From Octopus vulgaris (lineage: Eukaryota): a stretch of 64,000 bases of DNA. The position numbers and the translations under genes were made by a program. Shown here piece after piece: positions 25,878 to 38,959 of the stretch. How positions within the stretch are numbered: position 1 is the first letter of the stretch; every line of letters starts with the position of its first letter. The stretch is taken from NCBI GenBank assembly GCA_951406725.2, contig OX597817.1, positions 124,992,001-125,056,000 of the forward strand, written 5' to 3'. The notes beneath the pieces are model-generated. The model had not been told where the DNA came from and ran no database searches. It saw only the letters and a program-made list of their open reading frames with translations.

Positions 25878-25991
25878 TCTTTTACTTGTTTCAGTCATTA
25901 TACATTCTTAGTCGAATGAATCGACCCCAGTACTTATTTTTTAAGACACTAGTACTTCTTCTACCGATTGTCAAGCGGTGGTGGGAGACAA

Positions 25992-26040
<49 letters not shown>

Positions 26041-26165
26041 CAACAGGTTTTGGTCGAACCAGGGCAATAGTAGAAAACACTTACCTAAGATGCCAGACAG
26101 TGAGACTGAACCTAGAACCATGTGGCGGGAAGCAAGCTTCTTACCATACAGCCACGTATGCGTCT
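25878..26165 (-). mobile_element. SINE family A, deleted and decayed
   Basis: Reverse complement of head and tail. Confidence 0.75.
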
Positions 26166-26700
26166 AGGATATGGGAGTATCGTATTGTTAATGTCTTTGT
26201 TCATTAATTTGTTACATATATTACTTTTGCTTTTCTCATGTTTGTCTGGTTCCACTCGGTATCTTTGGTCTTCTAAAGAGAGTCTAACACGCTTATTATC
26301 AATAGCAACAAAAGCAAATACATTATAAAGTTATAAATGAGAATTTTCAGGAATAATTACGAAAAATAAGTTCCAATCTCGTTATAATAAATGTGAGATT
26401 CGACTAATTACATATTTTCACTGAGGACAAAAAATCTCATATATTAGGTCAGTTAATATGTAGAACAAACTCAATATTCTCACAAAAAAAAAACAAGATG
26501 TAAAAAAATTACAATACAAGCATAGAAAATATACCTATTAAATTAAATTTCAATAAGTAAATTGTAAGTGTGGTTTTAAGTTTTAACGTATGTTATAGGT
26601 GTGTGTTTCTAATACATGCATGTATATATCTAGATATTTTTACGCAAACACAAGCATGTAATTATGATATGTATATGCATATACGATCCTCTCTCTCTCT

Positions 26701-26756
<56 letters not shown>

Positions 26757-27641
26757 ATGTATGCATGTGTGTGTGCATACGAACGTATAGATGTGTATGC
26801 ATCTATGTATGTACGAGCGCGTGTCTGTCTATCTATCTATAGGTATGTGTACCATTAGAAGGAAAACTCTATCGTATCTTTTAAGATATTTTTAAAGAAT
26901 GTTTTAAAAAACAATAAAACACAAATAAATGAATATTCCATGAACTCAACATTATTAATTCTTCTACAGAATCTAAAGATAAAGCTAAATCTATAAGAAC
27001 CCGAGCAACGAAGACGATTAAGGAAGAAAATATCATTAGAGGAAATCAAGATACAAATAGATTGGACAAAAGGAAAAGCATCGAACAACGCTCAAATAAG
27101 AAAAAAGACACATTGATTACTTCAGGCTACCGATTGTACTATACAGTTACAAATGCGAGACTGTAGAATTGAACTCTTTTCGGCTGTGAGAAATAAAGAA
27201 AAAAAAAAAAACCCGTCTTTGAAGAAAACCAATGTAGATATTATGGAGGAATGGCTACAAAATCGTACAAGAAGGCCGAATTATTAATCTGTAAAACAAT
27301 ACGAAGGAAGAGCAACTTAAAAAGAACAAATCTTTATGTGAATAATTTTCATGCCAGAACGATGAACAACTAACAAATGCATAAAAGAAATAAGAAACGT
27401 TGCTCTAACATCAAATTTTCATCAGCCTAAATTATGAGTTTGAAGTAAATAGGAGTGTCAAAGTCTTTTGAGTACATATAGCTATTAATTCAGAATATAT
27501 ATTGTGTAGGCTTTAGTTAGAAAGAATTTGTGAGATCATTTTTTGGTTAGATTGGAATAGTAAATCCTAGCCAGTGTATTTCCTGTTTGATATTTAGGAA
27601 ATGTTAGCTTATAGTAGTAACCACATGTCATTTACAATATA

Positions 27642-28241
27642 CTAGACTATCCGTGACCCGTTGGATCACTGACAGTTCAGGTTATAAAACACTGAAGTTG
27701 ATTTCAACGTTGCATTGAAACGAAAGTTAATTTTATGATGATTCAGTTAAATATTTCAATTCGTTCGTGTCATCATAGGTCTGGTTTACAAGTTCATGTT
27801 TAAGGTTTTATTGATTATTTACAGCATCCAATAGAAACAGAACTTCCGGGATAAACTTGAACTCCGGTAACAGCATTTATTTATGGCACATGTGCACACT
27901 TCTACGCAAATGCAAAAGGAATTGTTATAATATGTAAACATAAAATTAAAAGCAACAATTTTCACTGTATTATATATTCCCATTTCACGGTTTAGTTACT
28001 TACGGAATATTTTCCCACTATGCACCGTTTTGGCTATTTATGATGGTTCCCCCCACAAAAAAAACCCACAAAAAAACGCATATCTCGGGAATCCGTGGTC
28101 TGATTTATGCGAAAATTGTTTTATTCCATTTGTATTCATATTTCGGGGGTTCCTTTCCCATTATGCGCAGGTTTGGCTGTATCAAATTACAGGCAAGCAC
28201 GCAAGCAAGCTAACAACCACAGAGTTTGAGTAGCATATAGA
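27642..28241 (-). mobile_element. Non-autonomous Helitron, 600 bp
   Basis: Minus strand starts A|TCTATATG and ends CTAG|T; subterminal hairpin GTGATCC-AAC-GGGTCAC (27653-27669); no TSD. Confidence 0.75.
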
Positions 28242-28269
28242 TGAATACATACATATATGTATATATTAT

Positions 28270-28702
28270 TCTTTTTACTCTAGGCACAAGGCCCGAATTT
28301 TTGAGGGAGGAGACCATCGATTAGATCGATCCCAGGACGCAACTAGTACTTAGTTTATCGACCCAGAAAGGATGAAAGGCAAAGTCGACTTCGACGGAAT
28401 TTGAACTCAGAACGTAAAGACAGACGAAATACCGCTATGCATTTCGCCCAGTGTGCTAAAGTTGCTGCCAGCTCACCGCCTTACATTCTTTTATACTCTA
28501 GGCACAAGGCCCGAAATTTTGGGGGAGGGGGTCTAGTTAATTAGATCGACCTCAGTACGCAACTGATACTTAATTCATTGACCCCGAAGGGATGAGAAGC
28601 CAAGTCGACCTTTGCGGAATTTGAACTCAGAACTTAAAGACAGACGAAATAATGCTAAGCATTTCGCCCGGCTTGCTAAGGTTTCTGCCAGCTTGCCGCC
28701 TT
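28270..28702 (-). mobile_element. Two adjacent SINE family B copies (alternative tail gggccttgtgcctagagta)
   Basis: Units at about 28270-28482 and 28490-28702, each with a full head. Confidence 0.88.
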
Positions 28703-29869
28703 ACACACATATATATATTATGTCTGCTCCATTATTAGGTACTGCACATATGATGTGGCTTGTGTAGAGATCTAACATTTAGAAACCATATTAGATTTGT
28801 CTCAATCCCCTCTTTTTTTTCAATATCTCATGAGATTGATGCATTCTACGTGCCCATGATTCTTTAAGTCATATGGAGCTGAGTGAAAATGTTATTAAAG
28901 AATATATGTAACTCCTTTCAAACGTGTTGAGAGCTCTTTTTTTTTTCATTTGTCAACTTATTCACACACACATATTAGGTTCTGGTAGCGTATAAAGCTA
29001 GGGCATTTTCAAGGAAGCACTCAACCTAATTTCAAGGCTGTCAACATTGTCGGATTCCAGACGAATACCGAAATTCACCAAGTGTAAAAAATTCTGGTTT
29101 CATAGCAGTAAAGCTATTGTGTGGGTTAAGCGACGAGTAAACTATAATCCAAATAATAAAACAATGCAATCCTTTAACACATCTTTAATGATTCATTTCA
29201 ATTGTCTCTGTACCAAGTCTGTTTGAAGTGAATATTTACGTAATGTTTAAAGTTTTAGACATTAAAGTGGCACTTCATCAGACTTGCATCAAATGTGCGG
29301 TCTTACATTTTGTGTCTCCTCGACGTTGTTGGTTTTTTTTTTTTTTGCTTTCCTTTTGCTTATATAAAGAGGAAACAAAAAGTAAATAAAAGTATGGTTA
29401 TTCTAGAGATCGTGTAGGAAGGATGATGAAGAAGAAGAAGAATGAGAAGGTGGCTAAGGACATTTATTAATGAGGAAAATACAATATATAGTAAATCAGT
29501 GTATCTGGGCGAAAAAAATCTCAGAGCTGTCAGTCAGAACAACACCGTTACAGGTATGAAATTTCATTTGATGAGCAAAAAATTACTTCAGTTTACCACA
29601 AGGTCAGCATTACACAGACAAAAGGGGAGGACGGATGAAAATTGATAACAACAACAGCAAAATACTTATAGCGAGAAGATGATTAAAAGAAATAAAAATA
29701 ATGATAAGAATAATGATACTAGTGATGTGTGCGTCAGAGGAGTGATGTGGGTTGTAGGAGAATGCCATAAACCACATGCTAACCAGCAAACTATTCTGAT
29801 GACCTTAGAATGTCATATGCTGAGACACAAAAGAGAAAAAAGAAATGAAAAATGAGAGGGTAAGCTAAT

Positions 29870-30839
29870 GGAGTAGGTGTGTCTTAAACAGTTTATGCAG
29901 AAATGTAGAAGTTAGAATTTAATTCTAAATTGGTCACGTAAGCTGCATTCATTCAAAACTAAGATAGTTTACAAACTTCTTGACCACATTTCAGTTAGAA
30001 TGCCAAATTAATTTGAAATAATATCTAAGGACCTACTGTATTAAATAACACAAAAGTTTCAGCAGTAGACAAAAATCGTTTAAGCATCGTTAGTAAAAAT
30101 GCAGGATGCGCATTCTTGTCTCTTTCAGCTTTGTCAGTTCTATGTACTCATCGGCAACTGCATTCTGACAAAATCAGTTGTCGCTGCTATAAGAAAACTG
30201 AGATTGAAAAAAATCACTGATATTGCATTAGCAAGTTAACTGAATAAGAATGCTTTATACACAACAGAAGCAGTATCAGATTAAAATAGTCAACTAGCCT
30301 GGGGAGCTATTTGGAACAATGGTAGATCAGATTTGGTGGAGTGTGAGGGAAACATAAACTCAGATAAATGTGTCCATATTGCAGAAAAAGACTCCTTCCA
30401 GTCTTCTCCAGTGGTGAAATGATTAAAGAAGACTCTTTATTCATGGAATAAATGTCACACGGTTAAAAAAGACTCAAGATTGATTGGAAGAGAATGACAT
30501 TAAAGTGCTTCCCTGGCCAAGCCAGTCACCATATATGAACCCAATTGAGCACCTCTGGAGCATAATGGGCAGGGCACTTCGTAAAAAGTACAAGCATCCT
30601 CAAAGCCAGATCTTTTGAGATTACTACATGAAACTTGGCAAGAAATTCCTCAAGAGAATATTCATCATCTGATCAGTAGCATGCCTAATAGGGTCCTCAT
30701 GTTGAAAAATACAAAGGGCATGTCTACTAAATATTGAATATTAACATTATAATAAATAAATAATTTGAACTGTAATTTCAGATTTAAATAAATTTTAACG
30801 ACTGTAAGGGTGTCTATTTACTTCTATCATGTCTGTGTA
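29870..30839 (+). mobile_element. Tc1-like transposon remnant (DD34E type), internally deleted
   Basis: LEENDIKVLPWPSQSPYMNPIEHLW...WQEIP...LISSMPNRV...KGMSTKY* (about 30480-30737); 5' limit uncertain. Confidence 0.8.
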
Positions 30840-31091
30840 CATACATGCATACATAAAAAAAATACTCTGTTGCTGATGTTGACATTTCAATGAAGGGGCA
30901 TTGGATCAAGGTTAGAAACCGGCTCTTTTTCTATTGGCAAGAAATCCTGAAATAAAACTGAACAATCACATACATACATACATACATACATACATACATA
31001 CATACATACATACATTACTACATACATTCATATTATATTCGCAAAACTACATGTGTTCGCAACACACTTTATTCATCGAATAAAGGGTTGC

Positions 31092-31136
31092 TTGAAACAA
31101 GAAGGAGTTTCGACCTGAATGTATGTCTTCAGTCAA
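31092..31136 (-). ncRNA. Degenerate type I hammerhead motif
   Basis: TTGA-CTGAAGA-CATACATTCAGGTC-GAAAC-TCCTTCTT-GTT-TCAA; stem II is defective. Confidence 0.55.
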
Positions 31137-31605
31137 AGGTACATCCAGATCTATGAATCTAAACAGGAACTGAGGTTCTTTGTTATGTAATTCAGTAAAC
31201 TGTTTATCTGCTGATTCATGCCTTTGTCTATTAAACAGATAATTCATCACGTGTACAGAGTGAAAATCTATAAAGAAGAATTTTGGATCTGTATTATAGA
31301 TTCTCTCTGTTCTCCATACACACCGTGAATTATTACTGAGTTGTAGCACTGGCCAAAGAGCCATAATCTCACTGAAAGTGCTCGTACCTCAGTGAATAGG
31401 CTGCTCGTTAAAACATCTTCTGAAAGGAGAAGTTGTTCTCCAAAGATGAAATACTCGAGCGATTGACATATTCATCTTCAAATAAGCTGGAACATTTTAA
31501 GAATGAATATATATATTCATTGATGTGTAGTATAACACGCGCGTACACACACACACACACACATTCATACATATGTACACACATATATATGTGTACATAC
31601 ATGCA

Positions 31606-31925
31606 ATCCATCGGTTATGAAGACAACGGTTCCAGTTGATCCTATCAACAGAACAGCCTGGTCGTGAAATTAAGATGCACGTGGCTAAGCACACCAGATA
31701 CACATGTACCCTTACTGAAGTTTGCAGGGAGATTCAGTGTGAAACAGAGTGTGACAAGGCTGGCACCTTTGAAATAAAAGTACTACTTATTTTTGCCAGC
31801 TGAGTGAACTGGAGCAACATGAAATAAAGTGTCTTGCTGAAGAACACAACGTGTCACCGGGAATTGAACTCATGACCTTATGATCGTGAGTCAAATACAC
31901 TAACCACTAAGCCATGCCCCTTCAC
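31606..31925 (-). mobile_element. SINE family C
   Basis: Minus-strand A box TGGCTTAGTGG and B box GTTCAATTCC. Confidence 0.88.
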
Positions 31926-32274
31926 TACATATCTATACGTGTAATGTATACAGCTATATTTATGTCAGTATATTTCATCCACCCTTAGAGACTTATATAA
32001 TTTACCCTAAAAATCTAGTGAAAATCTGTTCGTCTCTGTTATAATCCTGAGTTGGGAAATGCTTCTTAGACTTATGGGACACAGTGACTTCACTTACACT
32101 GGTGCAATGGAAGAAGCAATCAACGCACACAGTAGTTCACATTTGAGGAGAGTCAAGTCATAGAAACCATGCTAAAATAATCGTAGGAATAACTGATATA
32201 TGGGATCCGGTCAAACAGTTGAAGGACTGCCTAAGTTATCATGGAAAATAGATTCTGAATGGTGATATAGATGA

Positions 32275-32936
32275 TACACAAAATGTATTCCAGAAGTTTT
32301 CTCACTCTTTTTAAGAGAGACATTAAAATCAAAGAAGTGCAAAACCCTAATCTTTGCTGAATTAGGATCCTCTGATTTCAAGACATTTGTGGTAACACTC
32401 CAGCCACTTCCTGAAAGCCCCGTGAAAGTTCTCTAAAAGTGAAAGTGTCCAGGATCCTTGTCACATCCTTCTTCATCTTTAAAACGCCTGTCCCTGAGGT
32501 TCTCCTTCAGCTTGGCCAACAACTGCAAGTCAGAGAGCAAGGTTTGGAATGAAAGGGAGGGTGAGGGGCAGTTTTGATGTCCATCTCTGTCAAATAGACT
32601 GTTGCCAGTATGTTCGTTACTGAGCACCATGGTAACAAACTTTGCAGAGTTCCATGAATGTTTAGAGCTCCATGAATAATTTTATGTACAGGTTACTATT
32701 CCAGCTCCAAAGTGTATGTTTTTCGTCTTTATTGATATACGACATTTTTCATCCAGAAAATTGCGAATTTTCTCAATTAGATCTGATGATCTCATGTCTC
32801 GCTTCCTTCCACGTCTCTCATCCTCTCTCACCTCTTCTCTATCGTCTTTGAACCTCTAGTGTTTACAAAAAGGTAAATCCATAATCAGTCTGGAGAATTT
32901 TATAAGTTTCTGCACCCACCCACCCCAGTTTAACAC
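32275..32936 (-). mobile_element. Decayed mariner remnant, internally deleted
   Basis: Minus strand reads VKLG..AETYKILQTDYG, RFKDDREEVREDERRGR, and SDLQLLAKLKENLRDRRF (SDFxLFxKLK-type motif). Confidence 0.72.
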
Positions 32937-32938
32937 GG

Positions 32939-33336
32939 TAGGAGTGGCTGTGTGATAAGTAGCTTGCTTACGAACCACATGGTTCATGGCACCTTGGGCA
33001 AGTGTCTTCTACAATAGCCTCGGACTGACCAAAGACTTGTGAGTGGATTTGGTAGATGAAAACTGAAAGAAGCCTGTCATATATATGCGTATATATATAT
33101 ATGTATGTGTGTGTGTATATGTTTGCGTGTCTGTGTTTGTCCCTCCAACATCGCTTGACAACCGATGGTAGTGTGTTTACATCCCAATAACTTAGCAGTT
33201 TGGCAAGAGAGACCAATATAATAAGTACTAGGCTTACAAAGAATAAGTCCTGGGGTCGATTTGCTCGACTAAAAGGCAGTGCTCCAGCATGGCCACAGTC
33301 AAATGACTGAAACAAGTAAAAGAGAAAGTAAAAGAG
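32939..33336 (+). mobile_element. SINE family A
   Basis: Complete structure. Confidence 0.9.
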
Positions 33337-33542
33337 ACATTGCAAACTTCCAAATGTCCCAACACAGTTCTGCAAACAGTGTTTAGTAGGATGTGTTCAA
33401 AGTGCTTTTACAACCTTCTCTTGCACTCTAGAATAACAAACTTTGGTACGGCAGGTTATTTGATGTATAGTAATGATATCAAAAGTGGAGGCGCGTGGCT
33501 TAGTAAGCATCTAACCACTTAACATAAATTTGCTTTGTTATT

Positions 33543-33849
33543 AATAATAAATCTCTGAACGAGATGTAAACAGTAACCGCTTGACAACGTAAAGTATACT
33601 AGCCATCTCAATATGGTTAACCACTATGGGTGGGTGTTACTGTAGCTTTTAGCCCCAGGAGATCATCGTCTCCAGCTGGCTTTAGGCACACTTTCTGTGC
33701 CCTTTTGGTATTTGCAAAGGGAGGTCATCCCTCTCTCGTAAACCTAAGTGATACGCACGAACTGCAGTTTCGAGGTATTTGCCTCTTGTCAACGTACGGC
33801 AATCCCTTAGTGGTTAGCCATATTGAGATGGCTAGTATACTTTACGTTG
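33543..33849. mobile_element. Small non-coding element with a 46-bp inverted repeat, TSD and HHR
   Basis: TSD TTGCTTTGTTATT at 33530-33542 and 33847-33859; IR 33585-33630 vs 33804-33849. Confidence 0.8.
33755..33797 (-). ncRNA. Minimal type I hammerhead motif (core mutated)
   Basis: GTACG-TTGACAA(vs CTGACGA)-GAGG-CAAATA-CCTC-GAAAC-TGCA-GTT-CGTGC; palindromic stem III. Confidence 0.7.
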
Positions 33850-34179
33850 CTTTGTTATTGTTATGTGTTATTTTCCAAAAAGTATATTTTATTTCAGGTG
33901 ATGGTGGTGGTAGTGGTGGCAGTTGTAGTTGCAATGATGGTGACCATAGTAGCAATAGTTGTGTAATACAAGTAGTAATGATTGTATTAGCCTCAATTGC
34001 AGAAGCACTAGTTGTAACAAGAACAGCCGAAACAGTAGTTGTAGTAGTAGTGGTGGTATAAATGTTAGTATAGGGTAACATAAGCAAATTTAAAATAAGA
34101 AATTAAAAACTGAAGAAGTTGACAAAGGGAATGCAGTGACTTTGAAGAATACAAAAGACTGCAAAAATCTTGTGTTATT

Positions 34180-34872
34180 CATCAACCACATGGTTCTAGG
34201 TTCAGTCCCACTGCATGGCATCTTGATGGAAGCACGTGGCTTAGTGGTTAGAATGTTGGACTTTGATCATAAGATTGTGGTTTCAATTCCTAGACTAGGT
34301 GATGCCTTGTGTTCTTGAACAAAACTTTTTGTCCACTCAGCTGACAATAGCAAGTAATCCTGTTACAGATCAGCATCCCATCCAGGTGTGGAATATATAT
34401 GCTGTGAAACCAGGAAACCAGCCCTTTTGAGACAGTATGACTTGAGAAGGTATATTTACTCTTATCTTTACCATGGCACTTTGGACAAGTGTCTTCTAGT
34501 ATAGTCTCAGAGAAGCCAAAGCCTTATATATGTATCTCTACCTTTGTCCTCCACCATCATTTGACAACTGTTGTTGGTTTCCCATAACTTGGCAGTTCAT
34601 CAAATGGGACCAATAGATTTAAATGGGCTTAAATAAAATACATACATACATGTGTGTGTGTGTGTCTTTGTGTCTGTGTTTGTCCCTCATCACCGCTTGA
34701 CAAACAGTGCTGGTGTATTTACGTCACTGTAACTTAGAGGTTCGGTAAAAGAGACCAATAGACTGAGTACTAGACTTAAGAAATAAGTCCCAGGGTTGAT
34801 TTGTTCAACTAAAACCCTTCAAAGCAGTGCTCCTGCATGACTGCAATCAAATGACTGAAAGAAGTAAAGAAT
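34180..34872 (+). mobile_element. SINE A interrupted by SINE C (about 34226-34450), with a partial duplication
   Basis: Family A head breaks at catggcatctt and resumes at catggcactttggacaagtgtc. Confidence 0.75.
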
Positions 34873-34995
34873 AAATGATTAATATTTCTTACTTTCAACA
34901 TAAATCCAGCTTTACTATTACTGTGCCATAGCAAAAATTCACAAAAGGGAAAACATAAATGAAGCAGGACAGAGAGCACAAATGTATGAGTTTAT

Positions 34996-35220
34996 AAAGG
35001 TGGCGACCTGGCAGAAACATTAGCACGCCGGGCAATATGCTTAGCGGTATTTCGTCTGCAATTACATTCTGAGTTCAAATTCTGCCGATGTTGACTTTAC
35101 CATTTGGGTCGATAAACTAAGTACCAGTTATGCACTGGAGTCGATGTACTCAACTTAATCCCTTTTTCTGTCCTTGTTTGTCCCCTCTATGTTTAGCCCC
35201 TTGTGGGCAATAAAGAAATA
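34996..35220 (+). mobile_element. SINE family B with 18-bp TSD
   Basis: ACAAATGTATGAGTTTAT at 34978-34995 and 35221-35238. Confidence 0.92.
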
Positions 35221-35833
35221 ACAAATGTATGAGTTTATGTTCCATTGTGAAATGACTTGATATTAAGACCAATAATGAATGGCCCAGGATATGAACCTTG
35301 CCATCTGAGTAATATTTCATACATCATATTAAATGTATTCATTAAACATATTACAATTTTTATAAGAGCGGGCTTCAGTTTGCTAAATAACCTTCTGGAA
35401 AAAATTGAAGAAAAATTTCTGATTGTATAGGTTCAGGTGCAGCTTTGCTATAAGAAGCTTGTTTCACAAGTACATGGTTCTGGGTTCAGTCCCACTGTGT
35501 GGAACCTTGAGTAAGTGTTTTCTACTATAGCCACAAGCAGACCAAACACTTGTAAGTAGATTGGGAAGACAATAACTGAAATCCATGTCGGCATGGAAAG
35601 CAGATATTAAATGACAATGACGACGAGGTTTTTTCGCTCATTAAACACTCACAACGCCCAGTTTGGGAATCAAAACCGTGATCTTCTGACCGCGTGTCTG
35701 CTGCCCTAACCACTGGGCCATTGTGCCTCCACACACACACACATATATATATATATATACATATATATATACACATATATATATATACATATTTATATAT
35801 ATATATATATATAGTTTACATAGAGAGAGAGAG

Positions 35834-35880
<47 letters not shown>

Positions 35881-35883
<3 letters not shown>

Positions 35884-36256
35884 AAGAAGAAAAGAAAATG
35901 GAGATTAGGAAGTTAACAGTTAATTATTATTAACAAATTGGTCATCTTTGCTTCTTACAGCCATTTCAATTAATACTCAATAATTTAATTATGAAATTGT
36001 TCATTAAATTTGCATTTATGCAACATGAGCATAATTTCATCAGTGTAAAAGATGTACCTTGAGATGTTATATGTGGCCCTATCAATTCATTTCAGCAGAC
36101 TGCTGAAATGAATTGATAAGTCCGCATATTTAATGTACAAATTTGTAATTAAATTATTGAGTATTAATTGAAACAACTGTAAGAATTGAAGATGACCAAT
36201 TTGTTAATAATAAATAATTGCTAACTTCCTAATCTCTATTTTATTTTCTTCTTTTA
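35881..36256. mobile_element. Palindromic (fold-back) AT-rich element, resembling a PLE pLTR
   Basis: Arms are reverse complements centred on 36099; the left arm has about 55 extra bp containing minus-strand CTGATGA. Confidence 0.75.
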
Positions 36257-37005
36257 ACTGGATATAAACTATGTAACTTAGCATTTCAGCTTAAGAAACT
36301 GGTAGAATATATACCAGGTTTTACAAAAATGAGTCCTAGGATTGATTTATTTGACTAAGGCAATGCTCCAGCATGGCTGCAGTCAAATTACTGAAGCAAG
36401 TAAAAAATAAAAGGTATCTATCAATACAGAGAATATTTATATCTCTCATGATTATGGAGCTGAAGTCATGAAATTCTGGTTAGATAGCAAAAGAACATGG
36501 ACCACCAAAGTACATAGAAAAAGAATTAATCTTAAAAGTACTAATATTTATTCAGAAGAACAACCATTTTCTTTTTGAGGATAACTTTCACCATCAAAAC
36601 TCCATCTCTGCAATGGAAATGTAAACAGGCCCAATCTTATGCATATTTATTTATGGCTTGTTTCTATATCACTGAGTTCCTAAAATCACAACAAAAATGA
36701 GGTATTCTTCTTTTAAATATATACAAAATAATGGGAAAATATATCTTGACAATTGTTTCCCTTTGTGAAATAAAAACATAGAAGGAAAAGAATTTGAAGT
36801 AATACTTAAAAGAATTAACTTTCAAAACCGCTGTCAGGTAAGATAAATTTAATTTATTTCATTTTCCTTTTCCATCTGTGTGACTGCACTCTTAACAATT
36901 GAAAGCGTAGCATCTGTTGATAAAATGCAAATATCTTCTTTGCATTTTTAAGATAAAGGCCTGAAAGCATTTAGCTTTCAATTTATTTGTGTATAGGCAT
37001 GGCTC

Positions 37006-37170
37006 AGGCGCAGGCATGGCTCTGTGGTAAGTAGCTTGCTTCCCAACCACATAGTTTGGGGTTCAGTCCCACAGGCATGGCATCTTGGGAAAGTGTCTTC
37101 TACTGTAGCCTCAGGACAACCAAAGCCTTGTAAGTGGATTTGGTGGACGGAAACTGAAAGAAGCCTGTCA

Positions 37171-37214
<44 letters not shown>

Positions 37215-37490
37215 GATATCTATATATATATATATGTATATAGATATCTATATATATATATATATGTATGTATATATTTGTGATTGTGTCTGTGTTTGTC
37301 CCTCCACCATCATTTGAAAACTGATGTTGGTGTGTTTTCTGCCCCTGTAACTTAGCAGTTTGGCAAAAGAGACTGATAGAATGAGTACCAGGCTTACAAA
37401 GAATAAGTCCTGAGGTCGATTTGTTTGACTAAATGTGGTGCTCCAGCATGACCACAGTCAAATGACTGAAACAAGTAAAAGAATGAAAGA

Positions 37491-37491
<1 letters not shown>
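37006..37491 (+). mobile_element. SINE family A
   Basis: Complete structure. Confidence 0.9.
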
Positions 37492-37525
<34 letters not shown>

Positions 37526-37527
<2 letters not shown>

Positions 37528-38399
37528 GGGTGCGATGGGTAAATTGTTGCCATTTTATATTTTATATTTCGCACATGTGCATTGTTTTTTATGTTGTCAA
37601 ATACATTGTATAGTAAGGTCAGGTGGGCACCATCTCTGAGAAAAACAGCACCATGACTCACGTCAATCTACCAGAAACTTCGAAATGACCTGCTGTACTG
37701 CTTGGCATTCATGTCGGAAGCTCCCTTATGAACATTTCAGAGTGTTTGGGTGTTGATCTGAGGACATTTACCGGAAGTGATAAAAATCAAACATCCAGTC
37801 AACATCATTGTATTTGCAGTGATCACTAGTGATGGTGACATTTATGCCTCCATTCATCTTTCCACACAGCTCCAGACTCAACATGGAGGCCTCAATCAAG
37901 TGCTCGGAGGAGGTAGTGCTACCCTATGTCAAGATGATGGCTACTGGAAGACCCTATGTCTGGCAGCAGGACTCTGCACCATGCCACACAAGCAGGAGAA
38001 CCTAGTCATGGCTGTCAAACAATTTCTGCGACCACACCACCCCTAACATTTGGCCACCTAACTTTCCAGACTGCAATCCCCTTGATTATTATGTGTGGGC
38101 ACAGTTGAGCGAGAGACCAACAAGACTCCTTGAAACACTAAAGATGAACTGAAAGCAAGGATTATGACCACATTTACCAACTTAAACAAGGAGACCATCC
38201 AGAAGAGTTGCAGGAGATTTCGAAGTCGTCTGCAGGCCATGGTTGAAGTCAATGGAGATTTTATTCAATAAATTTACTCTTTAGTATTTCAAGATATTCT
38301 TATATTCTTATTTAATTTTGGTAAATATATCTGTTAAAATGAAATGTCAGTGTTATTTTCATTTTTGGGTAATTTAAACAGTTTATTCAACACTCCCTC
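37526..38399 (+). mobile_element. DD37D (maT-type) Tc1/mariner transposon, internally deleted
   Basis: YVWQQDSAPCH...WPPNFPDCNPLDYYVW with 37 residues between the catalytic Asps; degenerate TIRs. Confidence 0.85.
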
Positions 38400-38497
38400 A
38401 ATATATGCATATAATATGCCTGTCATTCATATATAATATATGCAATAATATATATTATATATACATACATAGTTAGATAGATACACACACACACAAA

Positions 38498-38534
<37 letters not shown>

Positions 38535-38902
38535 TTGACTCAGGGCTATAGTAAAATTTCCCTGCCCAAGGTGCCATAAAGTGGGACTGATTTCAAAACT
38601 GTGTGATTGCAAAGCAAGTTTCTAAACCATACAACCACACTTGCATTTATACATGTTTGTGTATGTGTGCATGTGTGTGTGTGTGAGTGTGTGTGTATGC
38701 ATGTACTGTGTATATTCACATACCCTTGTATGCATGCTTATATATCTATATCTATGTACATATATCTTTATTCATATCTATATATCTCAACCTATCTATC
38801 TAGCTAACTACATATATCATATTTATCATATTTGTATATATCCAGTATGTATGGAGTATATAATATAAATAATGAATTATATACATATATACACATATAT
38901 AT

Positions 38903-38959
<57 letters not shown>

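Noticed and set aside
29214-29286. Hairpin with CTGATGA on the minus strand
   Set aside because: An inverted repeat (CAAGTCTG..TGAAGTG / CACTTCA.CAGACTTG) with no GAAA/NUH, so not an HHR.
30860-30970. Structured segment with GAAACCGG before (CATA)n
   Set aside because: No CTGANGA box; probably a repeat tail, family unassigned.
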